A DNA stretch of 64,000 nucleotides from Eledone cirrhosa (GCA_964016885.1 OZ024750.1:21576001-21640000); one strand, 5' to 3'; positions 1 to 13,862 are shown, counted from the stretch's first letter. Notes: generated by a model not told the origin, from the letters alone. Translations and numbers: made by a program.

Positions 1-59
1 ATACACACACACAAATGTATTGTATACTAACGATCATAACCTTAATGTATGAAGAAAGT

Positions 60-270
60 ATATTTTTAGTTGGGTCAATCGGATTATAGCCTTTTTCTTA
101 TTATTATTCTAAGATTTGTATAATCTTTGATATTCTGATTAGCATTCGATCATAAATCACCTAACTTTTCTATAAAAGTCTGATCAGCAATTTCCCATCA
201 TCGAGCGCTTTTGTTCTTTGCTGTATCTTTACAATGCATCGGTTCTTTGGGATTGATTGATGCACTGTTC
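60..270 (-). mobile_element. Possible decayed mariner 3' end
   Basis: tatttttagttgggtcaatcggattatagcctttt resembles a mariner terminal inverted repeat; the minus strand gives SDFYRK, like the DFYRRGI motif. Confidence 0.25.
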
Positions 271-496
271 CATATGATAAAAAAGAAAGATATTTAGAAC
301 GATAGATAGATTGATTGATGGACAGGCCTTTATCTTGTATATATTTATGTTTATGTATATTATATAAATATATCTGTGTGTGTGTATAGAAATTGTGCAT
401 GTATGTTTATATTTATATTTATTTATATGCTTATCTATATGTGGGTGTTTATATATATATATACTTCACTATCGAGAGAAGATGATTGGTGTACGG

Positions 497-563
<67 letters not shown>

Positions 564-1213
564 GACTGAATGGGTAGGTTCAATGATATTACTTTACGTC
601 CATATAGCGACAAACATTGATGTATGTGCTTTATGTATAGATTTACCACTCCATTAAGAATTGGAGTAGAAAAATATATATTAGCTTCATACGATATGAT
701 TATCTTATAAAAGAACGTGTTATACGGTGGGATTTGTGTCATGTTTCGTTATTCTTTTATGCACATATTCTATTATTATAACTAATCCTGGAATTAGTTC
801 TTAAGATTGTATCCTACATTATGCGAAGAATTTCCTCAGAATATTGTCAGGTTTCGAAAAAAAATTAGTTTCAATCTGTGTAACACTCTTTCTGTTAGTT
901 GCCCTTAACACCACCACTTGAAACTTGGCTTGCATTTGCGGTTTGATGATACTTTCAAAGCATCCTCCCACATGTCTCCGTAGAAAACCACCGAAAGGAC
1001 TCTGAGAACCATCGGTTCCTCCTTGACTAAACTGTGAAAATGAAAACAAACATTCAGCAAGTTCAGAAGATGGGGACCAATTTGAGTTGTGATACATGGA
1101 AAAGGGCACATGAACAATGCTGGACTACCGGTATCGGTTTATAGGTTGTCAAACTGATGGTTCACCAAACATTTAGAAAGTCAAAATATATTCGTCACCA
1201 TTCCAATAAATAT

Positions 1214-1401
1214 AATTGTTTCTACTTTTGGCACAAGGCCAGCAATTACCTAGTACATTACTGGTACTTTATTTTATCGACCCCATAAGGATGAAAGGCA
1301 AAGTTAACTTCGGCGGGATTTGAACTCAGACTGTAAAGGGACGTAACTATGCTAGAAAGCATGGCGTCCAGCCCTCTATCGATACTGCCAATTCACCGCC
1401 C
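1214..1401 (-). mobile_element. tRNA-derived Nin-domain SINE, full length, 20-bp TSD
   Basis: A-box TGGCAGTATCG, B-box GAGTTCAAATCCC, GCCTTTCATCCTTAYGGGGTCGATAAAATAAAGTACCAG core; ACCATTCCAATAAATATAAT at 1197-1216 and 1410-1429. Confidence 0.9.
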
Positions 1402-3060
1402 TTTATTCAACCATTCCAATAAATATAATAATAGTTGAATAAATCGGGTAAAGTAGCCCTGGAGACGGGAAAAATAGACGAAGCACTTATAGGGATTCGA
1501 ACTATGATTTTTCGTTCGATTTCTCGCTGGGGTCTCTGTCCGCATTTTCCGACACCCGAGTGTACTTTACTCGATTTTTTCAACTATTATTATATTTATT
1601 TGCATTGTAGACAAGATATATTCAAATTTCCCAAACCATGTGTATAATGTATTTTACTTGCACATATGCCCCATTAAACATAGATTTAACTATTAAAACC
1701 AAATATTGTTCAATATTAACTACTGTGTTTTAGTAATTAGACCCACTGAACTTCCAACTCGTAATTTTAAGTGTATGTGGTCGATTATTCCACAGAGACG
1801 TGTACGCTTAACGTAAATCCCAATTCGAATTAAAGTGGCACAATACGTGGTAAGACTGGACCTTTCAGTTACAGATAAAGTCCATCCTACTGACTTCTAA
1901 ACTATTTCCGCCTCGCCAGTTTCTCTCACATGGCTTGAGGCGATTTGAAACAATTTCAGTGACACTTACTCGAAGCAAACTACTTCACCACTCACCTATA
2001 CCTGCTACCATACTGCATACCATATTGACGCTGTTGTTGATATGGTAAAGAGAACTCGGTCATCAGTTGGAACAACCGAGGAATTCTTGAATAATATTAA
2101 TGAGTATTGGTTTCAGTTTAAAGTTTCAACTACTTGAGTTAATTGTGTTAGTTTTAATTGCAGACTTCACCGAGTTTTAAAGAGTTCCCTTCCATTCACA
2201 ACACACGCACATAGACATACACTGACGCTCATATATACCCCACGTATACACACATACATACACAAGTAAGGAAATTTACTTGGAAATACTAGGAAACCTA
2301 GTGATACACTACAGCAATAAATATACGAAAAAGAAATAACCCAAATAAAACAGGAAAAAAATGTGATAACTATCAGAAAAATACTATGTGACAATAGTAA
2401 CAGGAAGACGAAGGGAAAACGAACATAATGAGTATATAATAATAACAACAACAACAACAATAATAATAATAATAATAATAACGTTTATGATAATCATGAT
2501 AATGCAGCAATGATGATGATGATACCAACAACAATAACTGCAACATTAACAAAATCAACAACAATAAGTAGCCTTCCTTTGTCTTTAATTACGCTGAATA
2601 TACAGTAATCGGTTGCTGAAGACAATATTACCAGCAAGGGAGTTGTTAGAAGGAGGGAAATTTTATGCTGCTAAAAGTTGATTTGTATTAGTTTAATACC
2701 TGTGAGGTGCCAATATAAATGGAGGAAAAAACCACCTCACCATTAAAAATAACCAATAATTGCTTTATGTCTCAAAGGAAGCTGTTGTCTTCGTGTGTAA
2801 TTCTTTATTCGCATTGATGGCTGTTGAGTATCATTGGTAATGTTGTTCAATTTTCCCTTGCAAATTTACTAGACTCGTTATGTTAAAATTATACATTAAC
2901 ACAACTTATTGTTAGGGGAGTCTAATAAGGAAGATTATTTGGTGGGGGAACACTACCCAGCAGCGACCACTTCACTACTACTAACTGGCAATCAATTTCT
3001 GATCATTATTTTTTTAATTGTTGCTGTTATTATTATTATTATTATTGTTCTTATTATTAT

Positions 3061-3177
3061 TGAGTTCAAATCCCGCCGAGGTTAACTTTGCCTTTCATCC
3101 TTACGGGATCGATAAAATAAAGTACCAGTAATACACTGGAATAATTGCTGGCCTAGTGCCTATACTAGAAATCATCA
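3061..3177 (+). mobile_element. 5'-truncated SINE (same family)
   Basis: B-box, Nin core and 3' end, followed by (TAG)n. Confidence 0.85.
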
Positions 3178-3179
3178 AT

Positions 3180-3219
3180 GTTAGTAGTACTAGCAGTATT
3201 AGTAGTAGTAGTAGTATTA

Positions 3220-3255
<36 letters not shown>

Positions 3256-3316
3256 GTAGTAGTAGCAGTAGTATTAGTAGTAGTATTAGTAGTAGTAGCA
3301 GTATTATTATTATTAT

Positions 3317-3391
<75 letters not shown>

Positions 3392-3428
3392 TAGTAGTAG
3401 TAGTAGTGGTGGTAGTAGTAGTACTAGT
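3180..3428. repeat. (TAG)n microsatellite (also 8058-8180, 21030-21140, 35619-35703)
   Basis: Direct inspection. Confidence 0.95.
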
Positions 3429-3765
3429 AAACATATTTTCTGTGTTAGTATACATAATTATTATTATCACTATCATTAAACTAATTCTCATTGGGTACTG
3501 TCACTGCATTAACGAACAGCGCTTTGTCCTTTGGATATGTGCGGTGTTATAGTTATGGTATTGTCACGTCTATTGTATTGTCAGCACTCTACGTAATGTG
3601 TGTGTGTAGTATAGTTTCTCTGTATTGTATATGCTTATATAACATATGATTACGTAACTGTATATGCTTAATATTTACATTATTCCCAGAGCACTTATTA
3701 TTACATGAATTGTTTCGATTGGGATTCCGGTTAAATCTATGTATCTTTTATATATACCAAGGAAC

Positions 3766-3905
<140 letters not shown>

Positions 3906-3940
3906 AGGTATATCTATATATATATACACATATATATATG

Positions 3941-3976
<36 letters not shown>

Positions 3977-4760
3977 AGAGAGAGTAAAAGCGGGCGATAT
4001 GGTATAAATATTTGTGTATAAGGCGAAACTAAAAGTCAATTACGAATAGATAATAATTCCTAGATTTGTAGAATTAAGTTCATTCGGTTATTCTGTTTTT
4101 ATTGAAAATATATTCATAAATTCATAGAGACCATAACACTCAATGCTCCAACACACTAAATGGTAAGTAGCTACTTTGACGATTTACACATTGCTGCTTT
4201 AAGTACTGCTATATGGCTAGACATTGTTTTAGTGATGATTAAAATATATAAGCCATAAACATTGGCTAACCATCGATAAAAGCTAGTCTTCGCCACCAAA
4301 AACAGCAAATTTACGCACATACATACGTATATACATACATACACACACATACATACATACACACACATACATACATACATACATACATACATACATACAT
4401 ACATACATACATACATACATACATACATACATACATACATACATACATACATACATACATACATACATCACCACATGGTGATATGTTATTTTCAAACAAG
4501 TGCATAAAGATATTTTCTGGTGAGTCTATGTCGGTTGTAGATTACCTTTAATTCACAAGACGAATCTTAAAGTAGATATACCTGACAATTATTTTACTAA
4601 CCTTATATATATGACTGTGTGTACAGTATGTATGTATAAAATATATTTAATTTCTATTTATATTTATATTTCTACACGTAAAACGAGAAAACTTTATCAA
4701 ATGTTATACTTTAAATATTTATTAAATATTTTAAGTGGATGTTACATATTATAAGTATAT

Positions 4761-5008
4761 CTATCTATCTAAGGCGGGTAAAATTCCCGAGATCCATGGA
4801 CGAGTTTTCTCCAGCGGTCTCTGTCCCTCATTATCGTTGCCATGTCCTGCATCTCCAACAGACCAGTGTCTGTCCTGAGGGCATCAACATATTTTAACAT
4901 TGGTCTTCCTCTTCTAGTGTGTCCATGTATGGGAGCATCCCAAAAGTCAGCTCAAAAGTGACACAGAGGAGACTGAGGTTAGCTGGACATGCTCACCGAC
5001 ATCCAGAG
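4761..5008 (-). mobile_element. RTE-clade LINE 3' fragment with inverted 5' segment and 11-bp TSD
   Basis: Minus strand: [53 protein letters not shown] plus a (TAGA) tail. Plus strand 4928-5008: YGSIPKVSSKVTQRRLRLAGHAHRHPE (upstream RTE motif). TATAAGTATAT at 4750-4760 and 5009-5019. Confidence 0.85.
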
Positions 5009-5455
5009 TATAAGTATATACTATAACTTAATTTCAACAAATACAGGCTGCACGTTATCATAACTCAATATTTTATACGCAGTACAATTAACAGAACAAC
5101 AGATTTCAGAGAAGCGATGCTGTAAATCCAAAGTTGCAGTTGGTATTTATATGTTGAGTTTTAATCCCCGCGAGATCAACATGCCTTTCATTATTCCAAA
5201 GGAATAGATTATTGTGCCATTCAATCACTGGGATGAAATATATCGGTCTGCTTTGTCTTTCATTCCTACGGGGTCGACAAAATAATGTAGCAGGAGTTCT
5301 TTCCCCATCCCCCAAAATTGTTGGCATTGTTTCTACATCAGAATATATTCATATATATATTTGCATATATATATATATATACATATATATACACATATAT
5401 ATACATATATATATATACATACATATACACATATATAATACATATATATATACAT

Positions 5456-5508
<53 letters not shown>

Positions 5509-5748
5509 CGCATATATATAAATATATATATATATACATATATGTGTGTGTACGTGTGTGTGTGTGAAATGTGAATTAAATGATCTCACCATAAATGTGA
5601 CTGAATAAAATAATAATGACGGAGTCATCTTTTTATATTCTCTGGACTGATACTATCAGACTATTTTTGTTTAGTCAAAGTTACGGCAAAATCTTCTATT
5701 GCAACTTTCAAATTCCACTCGCCGTTTTCTAAAGACACATGTTATATG

Positions 5749-5802
<54 letters not shown>

Positions 5803-6084
5803 ATTTTCTTAAATTTATGTAATGAGATGCAAAAGAGAAAGCGAAAACAAATACGGATGTCAATTCCAAAAGTGGGTGTCCATACATCCATTTTACATCA
5901 ATGACTACGAAAACGTCAAACCAACGCATTGATGACATTAAATCACAAACGCTGAAAATTCTCCGTCTCTTTGCTAATTAAAACTGCTAATTACCATAAT
6001 CTTTATTAGTCATATGGGATTTAAAGAAAATATTTCAGTCCAACATTTATTTTTACTGCGTTTTTGTTTCTAATTTCTTTTCAG

Positions 6085-6198
6085 GTTTCGAATTATAACT
6101 GAACTAATCATCCAAAATAAATCACGACCAGCTATCACAAAAAGCTTAGAAAAATTAAAAAAAACGGACACCCGGATTATATTATTATACGCCACCAG
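6085..6198 (+). CDS. Nmdar2: Internal coding exon of an NMDA receptor NR2/GluN2-like subunit (amino-terminal LIVBP-like domain)
   Basis: Acceptor ctaatttcttttcag| and donor ag|gtcagt; 114 nt, phase 2-2; translates (x)FRIITELIIQNKSRPAITKSLEKLKKTDTRIILLYAT(R). RIILLYAT fits the R-V/I-x-L-L-Y-A/C motif of NR2-type domains; it splices in frame to the 26245 exon. Confidence 0.85.
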
Positions 6199-6865
6199 GT
6201 CAGTATACATTTATCTGCTATAATTTGGTTTTCAGAGAATTTTTCCCGAGCTCAAATTGAAGTTTGCTTTTCAGTGTTGCTTTCTTTAGCTGTAACCTGA
6301 AAAGATCAGCCTCAAACATAGTCTTTGTTACTCTTTTAATGGCTTCTGCTATTTGAATAAGGCGAAAAATAATTGTAGTTTACGTTTCAAAACCTGTGTA
6401 TATGTACATTTATCAACAGCCACGGAAATATAGGTAACTTAGGAAAATGTGCTTCTGAATTTTAAAATGTGTGAAAAACGCATGGAGCCGACTATCACAT
6501 AATTATGACTTTCTACTTTAAATAGTTATTTGCAAATTAATAAATAGAATTTATTTTGCTGCTCATATAAACGATAATTTAATTTACGTTTAATACATTC
6601 GTATATCAAACGTATGGAATTATGATTCTGTGTTTGTGACATTCAATTTCTAACTTCTGTTATAAACAAATATCTCTTAGTTTAAACACCTACACAGCAC
6701 ATTAACACATTTTTCTTATTGTGCCTTGGTTACAGATCATTACTATTCGTGCAGTGGATATATTGACATAGGGTGCATTTGTAGAATCATTAGGGCGCAT
6801 GAAGAATTGTTTTTGTTAAATTACACGGCGTCTGACTTTGCATTTCATCTTTCCAGTTTGATAAA

Positions 6866-7056
6866 ATAATTGTTTCTACTTTTGGCACAAGGCCATCAAT
6901 TACCCCCAGTGTATTTCTGGTACTTTATTTTACCGACTCCGTAAGGATGAAAGGCAAAGCAAACCTCGGTGGGATTTAAATTCAGAACGTAAAGGGCCAT
7001 AACTCTATATCGCAGATCATGGTGTCTGACGCTCTACCGATACTGCCAATCAACCG
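6866..7056 (-). mobile_element. SINE (same family)
   Basis: Full consensus in reverse complement. Confidence 0.85.
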
Positions 7057-7320
7057 GTACCTTCATGTGTTCGGATCAATAAAATCTCCTTTTCCTCTCC
7101 TTCAGAAGCTTTACCCTAGTAACTAAGAGTGGTGTATGTGGAGGAAATATTAGATCGATGGAATAATTCATTTGCGGTATTTGGTTCATGCCGCGTTCAA
7201 ATTTTACTTTCAGCTTTCCTGTGTAGATTAACTAGTATATCAATTAAATAACTGGGTTCATTTCATCGATTTTCCACTCACTCAATATTGTTAGCCGCGT
7301 GCCTAAATCAGAAACTGTTG

Positions 7321-8058
7321 CAGGACACCGTGCTTCACTGCATAGAGTTATGGCCCTTTGTGTTCTGAGTTGAAATCCCGCCGAGGTTAACTTTGCCTTT
7401 CATCCTTACGGGTTCGATGAAATAAAGTACCAGTAATACACTGGATTCGATTTAGTCAACATTTCCTCCTCCACCAAATTGCTGGCCTTGTGCCTAAAGA
7501 AGAAATCATTATTATTATCATTAGAGAGCCGATGGATTGGCAGTATCAGTAGAGAGTCGGACACCATGCTGTGCAGCAGAAAGTTACGGCCCTTTATGAT
7601 CTGAGTTCAAATCCCGCCGAGGTTAACTTTGCCTTTCATCCTTACGGGGTCGATAAAATAAAGTACCAGTAATGTACTGGGTAATTGCTGGCCTTGTGCC
7701 AAAAGTAGAAACAATTATTATTATTATTATTATTAGTGAAGGCGTGTGGCTGAGTGGTTAGACCGATAGATAGTACTAGCAACTGGAAAGAACGACGAAA
7801 ACATTGTTTTCTAGGTCCAATTTGACTAAAGTCAATCGATCCTTTTTTATTAGAGAGCGATGAATTGGCAGTATCGGTAGAGGGTCGGACGCCATACTTT
7901 GACGCATAGAGTTACGACCCTTGCCATTCTGAGTTCACATACCGCTGATGTTAGCTTTGCCTTTCATCCTTACGAGGTCGATAAAATAAAGTACCAGTAA
8001 CACACTCGGTAATTGCTGGCCTTGTGCCAAAAGTAGAAACAATTATGATTATTATTAT
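7321..8058 (+). mobile_element. Three SINE copies (7321-7520 long form, 7523-7734, 7854-8058)
   Basis: Repeated consensus with (ATT)n tails. Confidence 0.9.
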
Positions 8059-8815
8059 TAGTAGTAGTAGTAGCAATAGCAGCAGTAGTAGTAGTAGTAG
8101 TAGTACTAGTAGTAGTAGTAGTAGTAGTTGTAGTACTAGTTGTAGTAGTAGTTGCTGCTGTTGTTGTTGTTATTGTCGTTGTACACTTGCCTAGGTCGAA
8201 TAGAGGAAAAATAAATTATGATGCAATATGCCATATTTCTTTTTTTTATTACGAGCAATAATGAAAAAAAGTGCTGTACTACATTAAGCATATATGCCTA
8301 GACAGAGTTGTATCGTTGCTACATTCACACAAAATATAACAAGAGCAAAATCATGACATTACTCGATAGTTTATGACTTCCCTCAGTAATATTTTACTAC
8401 AGATATTTATCACTGGCTCAAAAATGCAAATTTCAAAAGCAAAGATAATTGTTACCAGCTGTTCACTGTGTGGAGATGAGGTTTGATTTATACATTTTTG
8501 TCAGTTCATGATGTTCTTAGTTTAGTATGTGTATTTATTTATATTAAGGGAATGTTATCTTTATGTTATAGATATTTTTTTTTTTTTTTTCTATTTTTAT
8601 TGCTTTTAATATGCCCATTATATACTTTTATGGCTCATGGACACTTCTTTATGATGCTGGTGAGAATGTATGTGTGTCTTTACATATATATTATATATGT
8701 GTGTGTGTGTGAGTGTGTATACATATTTACATATATATATATATAAATATATATATATATAACTATACACATGCATATGTATGTTATGTATGTATCTATA
8801 TTATAATTGCATATC

Positions 8816-8977
<162 letters not shown>

Positions 8978-9517
8978 GTGAGGGAGAGAGACGGAGAGAA
9001 AGAGAGTGAGACAGAGACAGTAGGTGCAACATCTTTCTAGCAATTTGAGCGACCGTGTAGTTTATTTTTATAGTTGGACTACCCGAAAAAATATGTAGTG
9101 TGTTCTAGATGAATTTCTAGATTCGAAAACAGTTTTATGTCTATATAATTATCTATGATATACAGATATTTCCTGCTCACTTCATAAATTCTCATCTTAC
9201 TTATATATATTTATATGTTTATATATATTGCCGAAGCACCGGAAGGACATCAGAAATGTGTGTGTTTGTGTGTTTGTGTGTGTGTGTATGTCTGTGTCTT
9301 TGTGTGTGTGTGGGTGTGTGTGTGTGTTCTGCAGTTTCCCTCAAAAACATACCACTCGTAGAGCTTCCCTCATCTCAAGGATAATATAGTAGAATATTCT
9401 TAACTGAGTTGCCCCGTCGCGTGAAGGAACCTAAAACCACATGATTAGGAAGTGAACTCCAAAACCACAAGGATACATGTACACACATACACACACATAC
9501 ACACACATATATACATA

Positions 9518-9570
<53 letters not shown>

Positions 9571-9689
9571 TGTTATACTTGGGGAGGGTCATATTTGTGT
9601 AATATTGCCAGAATTAATAACAGAACACACTCATATATATATATACGATATATTAACAAATGGAGACTATATTTATAAAACCGTATTTA

Positions 9690-9750
9690 TTTCATTATAC
9701 ATATTTCAAGGACACCAAGTTAAATTATGGTGTGCTTTCATCAGATAAAA
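9690..9750 (-). ncRNA. Minimal type I hammerhead ribozyme motif (Penelope/retrozyme type)
   Basis: Minus strand: TTTTAT-CTGATGA-AAGCACACCA taatttaact TGGTGTCCTT-GAAA-TATGTA-TA^ATGAAA; 6-bp stem I (one G.U), 9/10-bp stem II, short quasi-palindromic stem III, AUA triplet. Confidence 0.7.
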
Positions 9751-11154
9751 TATAATATAGATCAGTTTTATAAATAAATATTGACATACCCTTAAAGAAT
9801 GTGACCATTTCTATTGGAAGCTCCCGGATAGTGGGGTTATTAAATTTATTTATTCTATTATGCAAATTAGTGTCGGATATGTTTAAATCACAGTAGATTT
9901 AAAATAAGCCGTTGGGGTATGGAGATCGAACGCAAACATTATTAAAATCTTGATAAAACAGACCTCTTAGTAGATTGGATTTTTTTCTGAAATCAGGTTG
10001 GTCTAGCAGTCATGGAGTGGGGCCCTGAGTTCAAAAGGAACATGGCCCTTGTTTGGTGTCATGACCACCAAATATATCATCCGATGAAAATTGTATTAAG
10101 TTATATGATTGATTTATGAAGTCACTTAGCTAATTTCCATTAGTCAGAAAATTAGAAGGGAATTTTAAGTTATATTCTGGATGGTTCAGGTTGCGAGCAG
10201 CTTTGCTTTCGTTTATGAAGGTTATTATCCAAGTAGTTTACATTAAAATAGATGTGCTAAACAAAATATATATAAATGGCTCGAATCGTATATAAACGCT
10301 ATTTAGATATAATGAAATGATAATTAAAATTGATTTGATGTTTTAATGAAACTACAGACAGACAAATTAGAAATTTACAAACGCTTTTCAATTAGAGAAT
10401 CTTCTAAGTAATTTTTATATTTTAAAATTAGAATTTCATATTTCAAAATATATTGGTTCTTTTTATAAAATTTCTTTATTTCAAACGGTTGTAACTAATA
10501 ATATATATTAATTTCCAATAACTTCGAAGAGTTTTAAAAATGTCTTTGGTATTTTGCAATTTTTTAGGCATAATTATCAGCTTCAATTTATCGAAAGGTA
10601 ATGTTATATAATATATTTCCATATTAAATAATATATTTTGAATCCAACTTTTTCAAAATTGTTTGCCAACATGTAAGACTAATACTTCGCAGTTATTACA
10701 GAATTATATGAGCATTGATCAAAATATCTTGCAGCATTTAACTACAACTTTTTATGTTCTAAGTTCTACTAGAACTGTGATCAATTTTACGTTTCATCTT
10801 TCTGATATCCCTCTCAAAGAGAGTAGTAGAAAAATAATAAGTTAATTTGTCTATGCCAAACATAGCTTTCTATATACCATGTTAAAGTAATCTCGTAAAT
10901 TTCCCTTTAACTAATACCTTATATATTATATACATATGTTCATATACATCGCATGAATCTTCAGGTATGGGTATATAAATATGTGAATAAATATATGTAT
11001 CTATATTAGCATATATTATAACTTCGAACAACAATATCTGGTATAGAACTCTTTTATAGGTATTACATGTATCTCTCATGTAGATAATATCAAATAGTAT
11101 CTCTCACTAAATAATATCAAATAAAATTATTTATATATATATATCTATATATAG

Positions 11155-11305
11155 AGTATAAACAAAGTCTCATACACTAACACGTATGTGCGACCAGATT
11201 GTGCACCGTTTTCCTTGATCTTTCTTCTACGAATTCCTACACAAACTGGATCTCAACACCAATGGTCGCAAATACATGGTAAGTGTATGAAATTTTGTTT
11301 ATACT
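11155..11305. repeat. Small inverted-repeat (MITE-like) element, ~42-bp arms
   Basis: AGTATAAACAAAGTCTCATACACT...GCGACCA versus TGGTCGC...AGTGTATGAAATTTTGTTTATACT. Confidence 0.7.
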
Positions 11306-11522
11306 AAATAGGCCCTTTTGCAACAAATAGAGCATCGTTCATCTACAGATTCGTACATATATATATGTTGGGGGGAAGCATAATATAACGTATACCAAAC
11401 TCTACATAATGTCGAATACCAGCAAAACTAATACAAGAGAGATACGTCTCTGATTTATATACTTTTAGATATATATTTTCATTGGGATGTCATAATGACA
11501 AAAATCTTCTTTTTTCTGTTTG

Positions 11523-11584
<62 letters not shown>

Positions 11585-11749
11585 GATAACAAGTTAACGT
11601 TATAGGTAATCCAGTTAGAGGTTATGAGTACACTGCGTCGTGGATAGTTTTAACGTACGGCTTTGTTTGACTCAACAAGATATTTCCATAGTTATGCAGC
11701 GAGGTCGCGGTAATTCCTATGCAGATTATACTTGGAGTAATAATAGTGA

Positions 11750-12064
11750 AAGAATGAAGAGTAACATGGTTGGCTGTACAATAAGGGGCTTTATTTCAAG
11801 TACTGACAATTGTTTCGTTGATCAGATGAGTCTAGAGGTCACTAATCGCTTGAAGTTGCGTCACTTGATCTCCAATACATTATTTACCTCTCGTCAACAC
11901 GTCAGAGTACGTAGATGTGTTGACCAGAGGTAAATAATGTATTGGAGATCGAGTGACGCAACTTCAAGCGATTAGCGACCTCTAGACTCACCTGATCAAC
12001 GAAACAATTGTCAGTACTTGAAATAAAGCCCCTTATTGTACAGCCAACCATGTTGCTCTTCATT

Positions 12065-12067
<3 letters not shown>
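11750..12067. repeat. Near-perfect hairpin, ~154-bp arms, 10-nt loop
   Basis: 11750-11903 is the reverse complement of 11914-12067 with few mismatches; the same peptide appears on both strands in the ORF track. Confidence 0.95.
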
Positions 12068-12132
<65 letters not shown>

Positions 12133-12134
<2 letters not shown>

Positions 12135-12492
12135 GGCTGCAAACTCTGTTAAGAGTATTTTTGCAATCGCTTGTCAGATTCAGATGTGTGACGCTCAAAT
12201 ATGGCTTTTCAAGACTGCAAGAGACTTGCACTCTTTCGCACACTGACAACTATGGATCTCCGTGGCCTGAGGTCTTGCATCAGGTTGCCTGTGAACGCTC
12301 ACAATACCGTGGAGATCATAGTTCACTGGTTCTCTTTGAACATGGCTGCGACTGTGTCTCCTGAGACCAGATTTGCTCAAGCAAATTTTTACACACTCAG
12401 TGCACTTCAATTCAATGGAAACACCGATCGTTTCGAGAGATACACGAGGGTATTGCTTAAAAAGAACCTGCGGCTTCGGAAGCACCCGATGA
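12133..12492 (-). mobile_element. LINE (RTE-like) 3' end with C2H2-type zinc-finger motifs
   Basis: CTECVKICLSKSGLRRHSRSH and CQCAKECKSLAVLKSHI, then a short 3' UTR ending GAGTTTGCAGCCAT plus (TA)n; bounded by (TA)n on both sides. Confidence 0.65.
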
Positions 12493-13805
12493 TATATATA
12501 TATATATATATATGTCACATAAAATTCTGGTCAGGAGTATAGAACTGCTACATTCGAGATATAAAACCTATTATAGGCCTTCCAGTTCAATTGTCCTCAC
12601 ATGGCATTGATCTTGATTAAAAATTTAAAATGCCGATCAATCATAATCACAAAATACCTTGTTGAAAAACGTATAATAATATCATTAGGTCTCTAGGGCC
12701 GAAAACCTTATCTCGATAGTTCTCGAAGAAACAAATTTTCTCTGTTAATTTACGTCGATAAAATTAATACCTGTAATAAAGAGTTCGATTCAGCGGATAA
12801 TATCTCATCCTATCGTAATGTTTTTGCCTTATTTCTAGTGAGATAGAATCAGATTGCACTATACATGTAGCATCTATAGATTACCCCCAAAAAGCATCAT
12901 TTTACGTCGAAATGAGCGATTGTATCTAGTAGAAAACGAAAGAGGGTTAAAACGAGGAAACAATCATCTTTTGTGTAAATCTTTCGTACTGGATAAAGTG
13001 ACGGCTGTCTTTAGAATGTTATTGCTATCAAACGCTTAATCGCAATAAAACAGCATGTGCTATTATTTCCACTGCAAAGTCTGTAACATGCTAGCAATAG
13101 ACTCGTGATTAAATCTTAGAGGGGGAGATTTTACAATATATATAAAATACACACAAAATTGAATTTCCTCCATTGTAGAGTAAAGATGAGTGCGTCAGAA
13201 AAGAGATTAAAGACAATTCTTGTTACATTTACAACAAAAGAAGCAAGTCGAAAATGTAGTCTATTTGACGATCAAAGCTAGCATAAATCTATTAATACAT
13301 AGTCCATTTAATTAGAAGCCATTCTTTCCCAGACTTGTGGACGGTTGTATTTTTGAAAGATTTAAACCAATAATTGTACAGATATTTTTATATATATTTT
13401 GGATATTTTTTATATTACTGTATATTTTTTAAAGAAACATCTACATGAAAATCTTGAAAACATTCTATGTTCTCGGAATCTTTATTCACGTTGTGCATGT
13501 GTCACATCTAAGGTGAATTCGTATGAATAATCAATGATATATACTTTTTTTTTGACAACGAATAATACATTTCCATTTACTTTTCTTCTGGTGTTATATG
13601 TATATATATATATATGTGTGTGTGTGTTTATGTGTGTGTGTGTGTACGTGTGTGTGTGTACTTTTATCTTCCGACTTTACATTTTCAATCACATTCTTTA
13701 CGCGTCTGTCGTAAAGTTAGATTGCACTACATTATTGTATTTCATAGTATTCTTTCTTTTACATAGAGTATCTGAAATGATGTTATATATATATATATAT
13801 ATACA

Positions 13806-13861
<56 letters not shown>

Positions 13862-13862
<1 letters not shown>

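Noticed and set aside
819-1117. Overlapping minus-strand ORFs with complex sequence
   Set aside because: No recognisable domain; at most a faint decayed transposon similarity.
2164-2265. 102-nt phase 2-2 open segment between ttgcag| and |gtaagg that could join the 6085 exon
   Set aside because: The peptide is CA-repeat derived (HAHRHT...IHTYIH) with no receptor similarity; probably a pseudo-exon.
10930-10972. CTGAAGA followed by a hairpin on the minus strand (similar partial cores at ~15640-15675, 53987 and 61260-61290)
   Set aside because: GAAA and/or stems I and III are missing; not callable as hammerheads.
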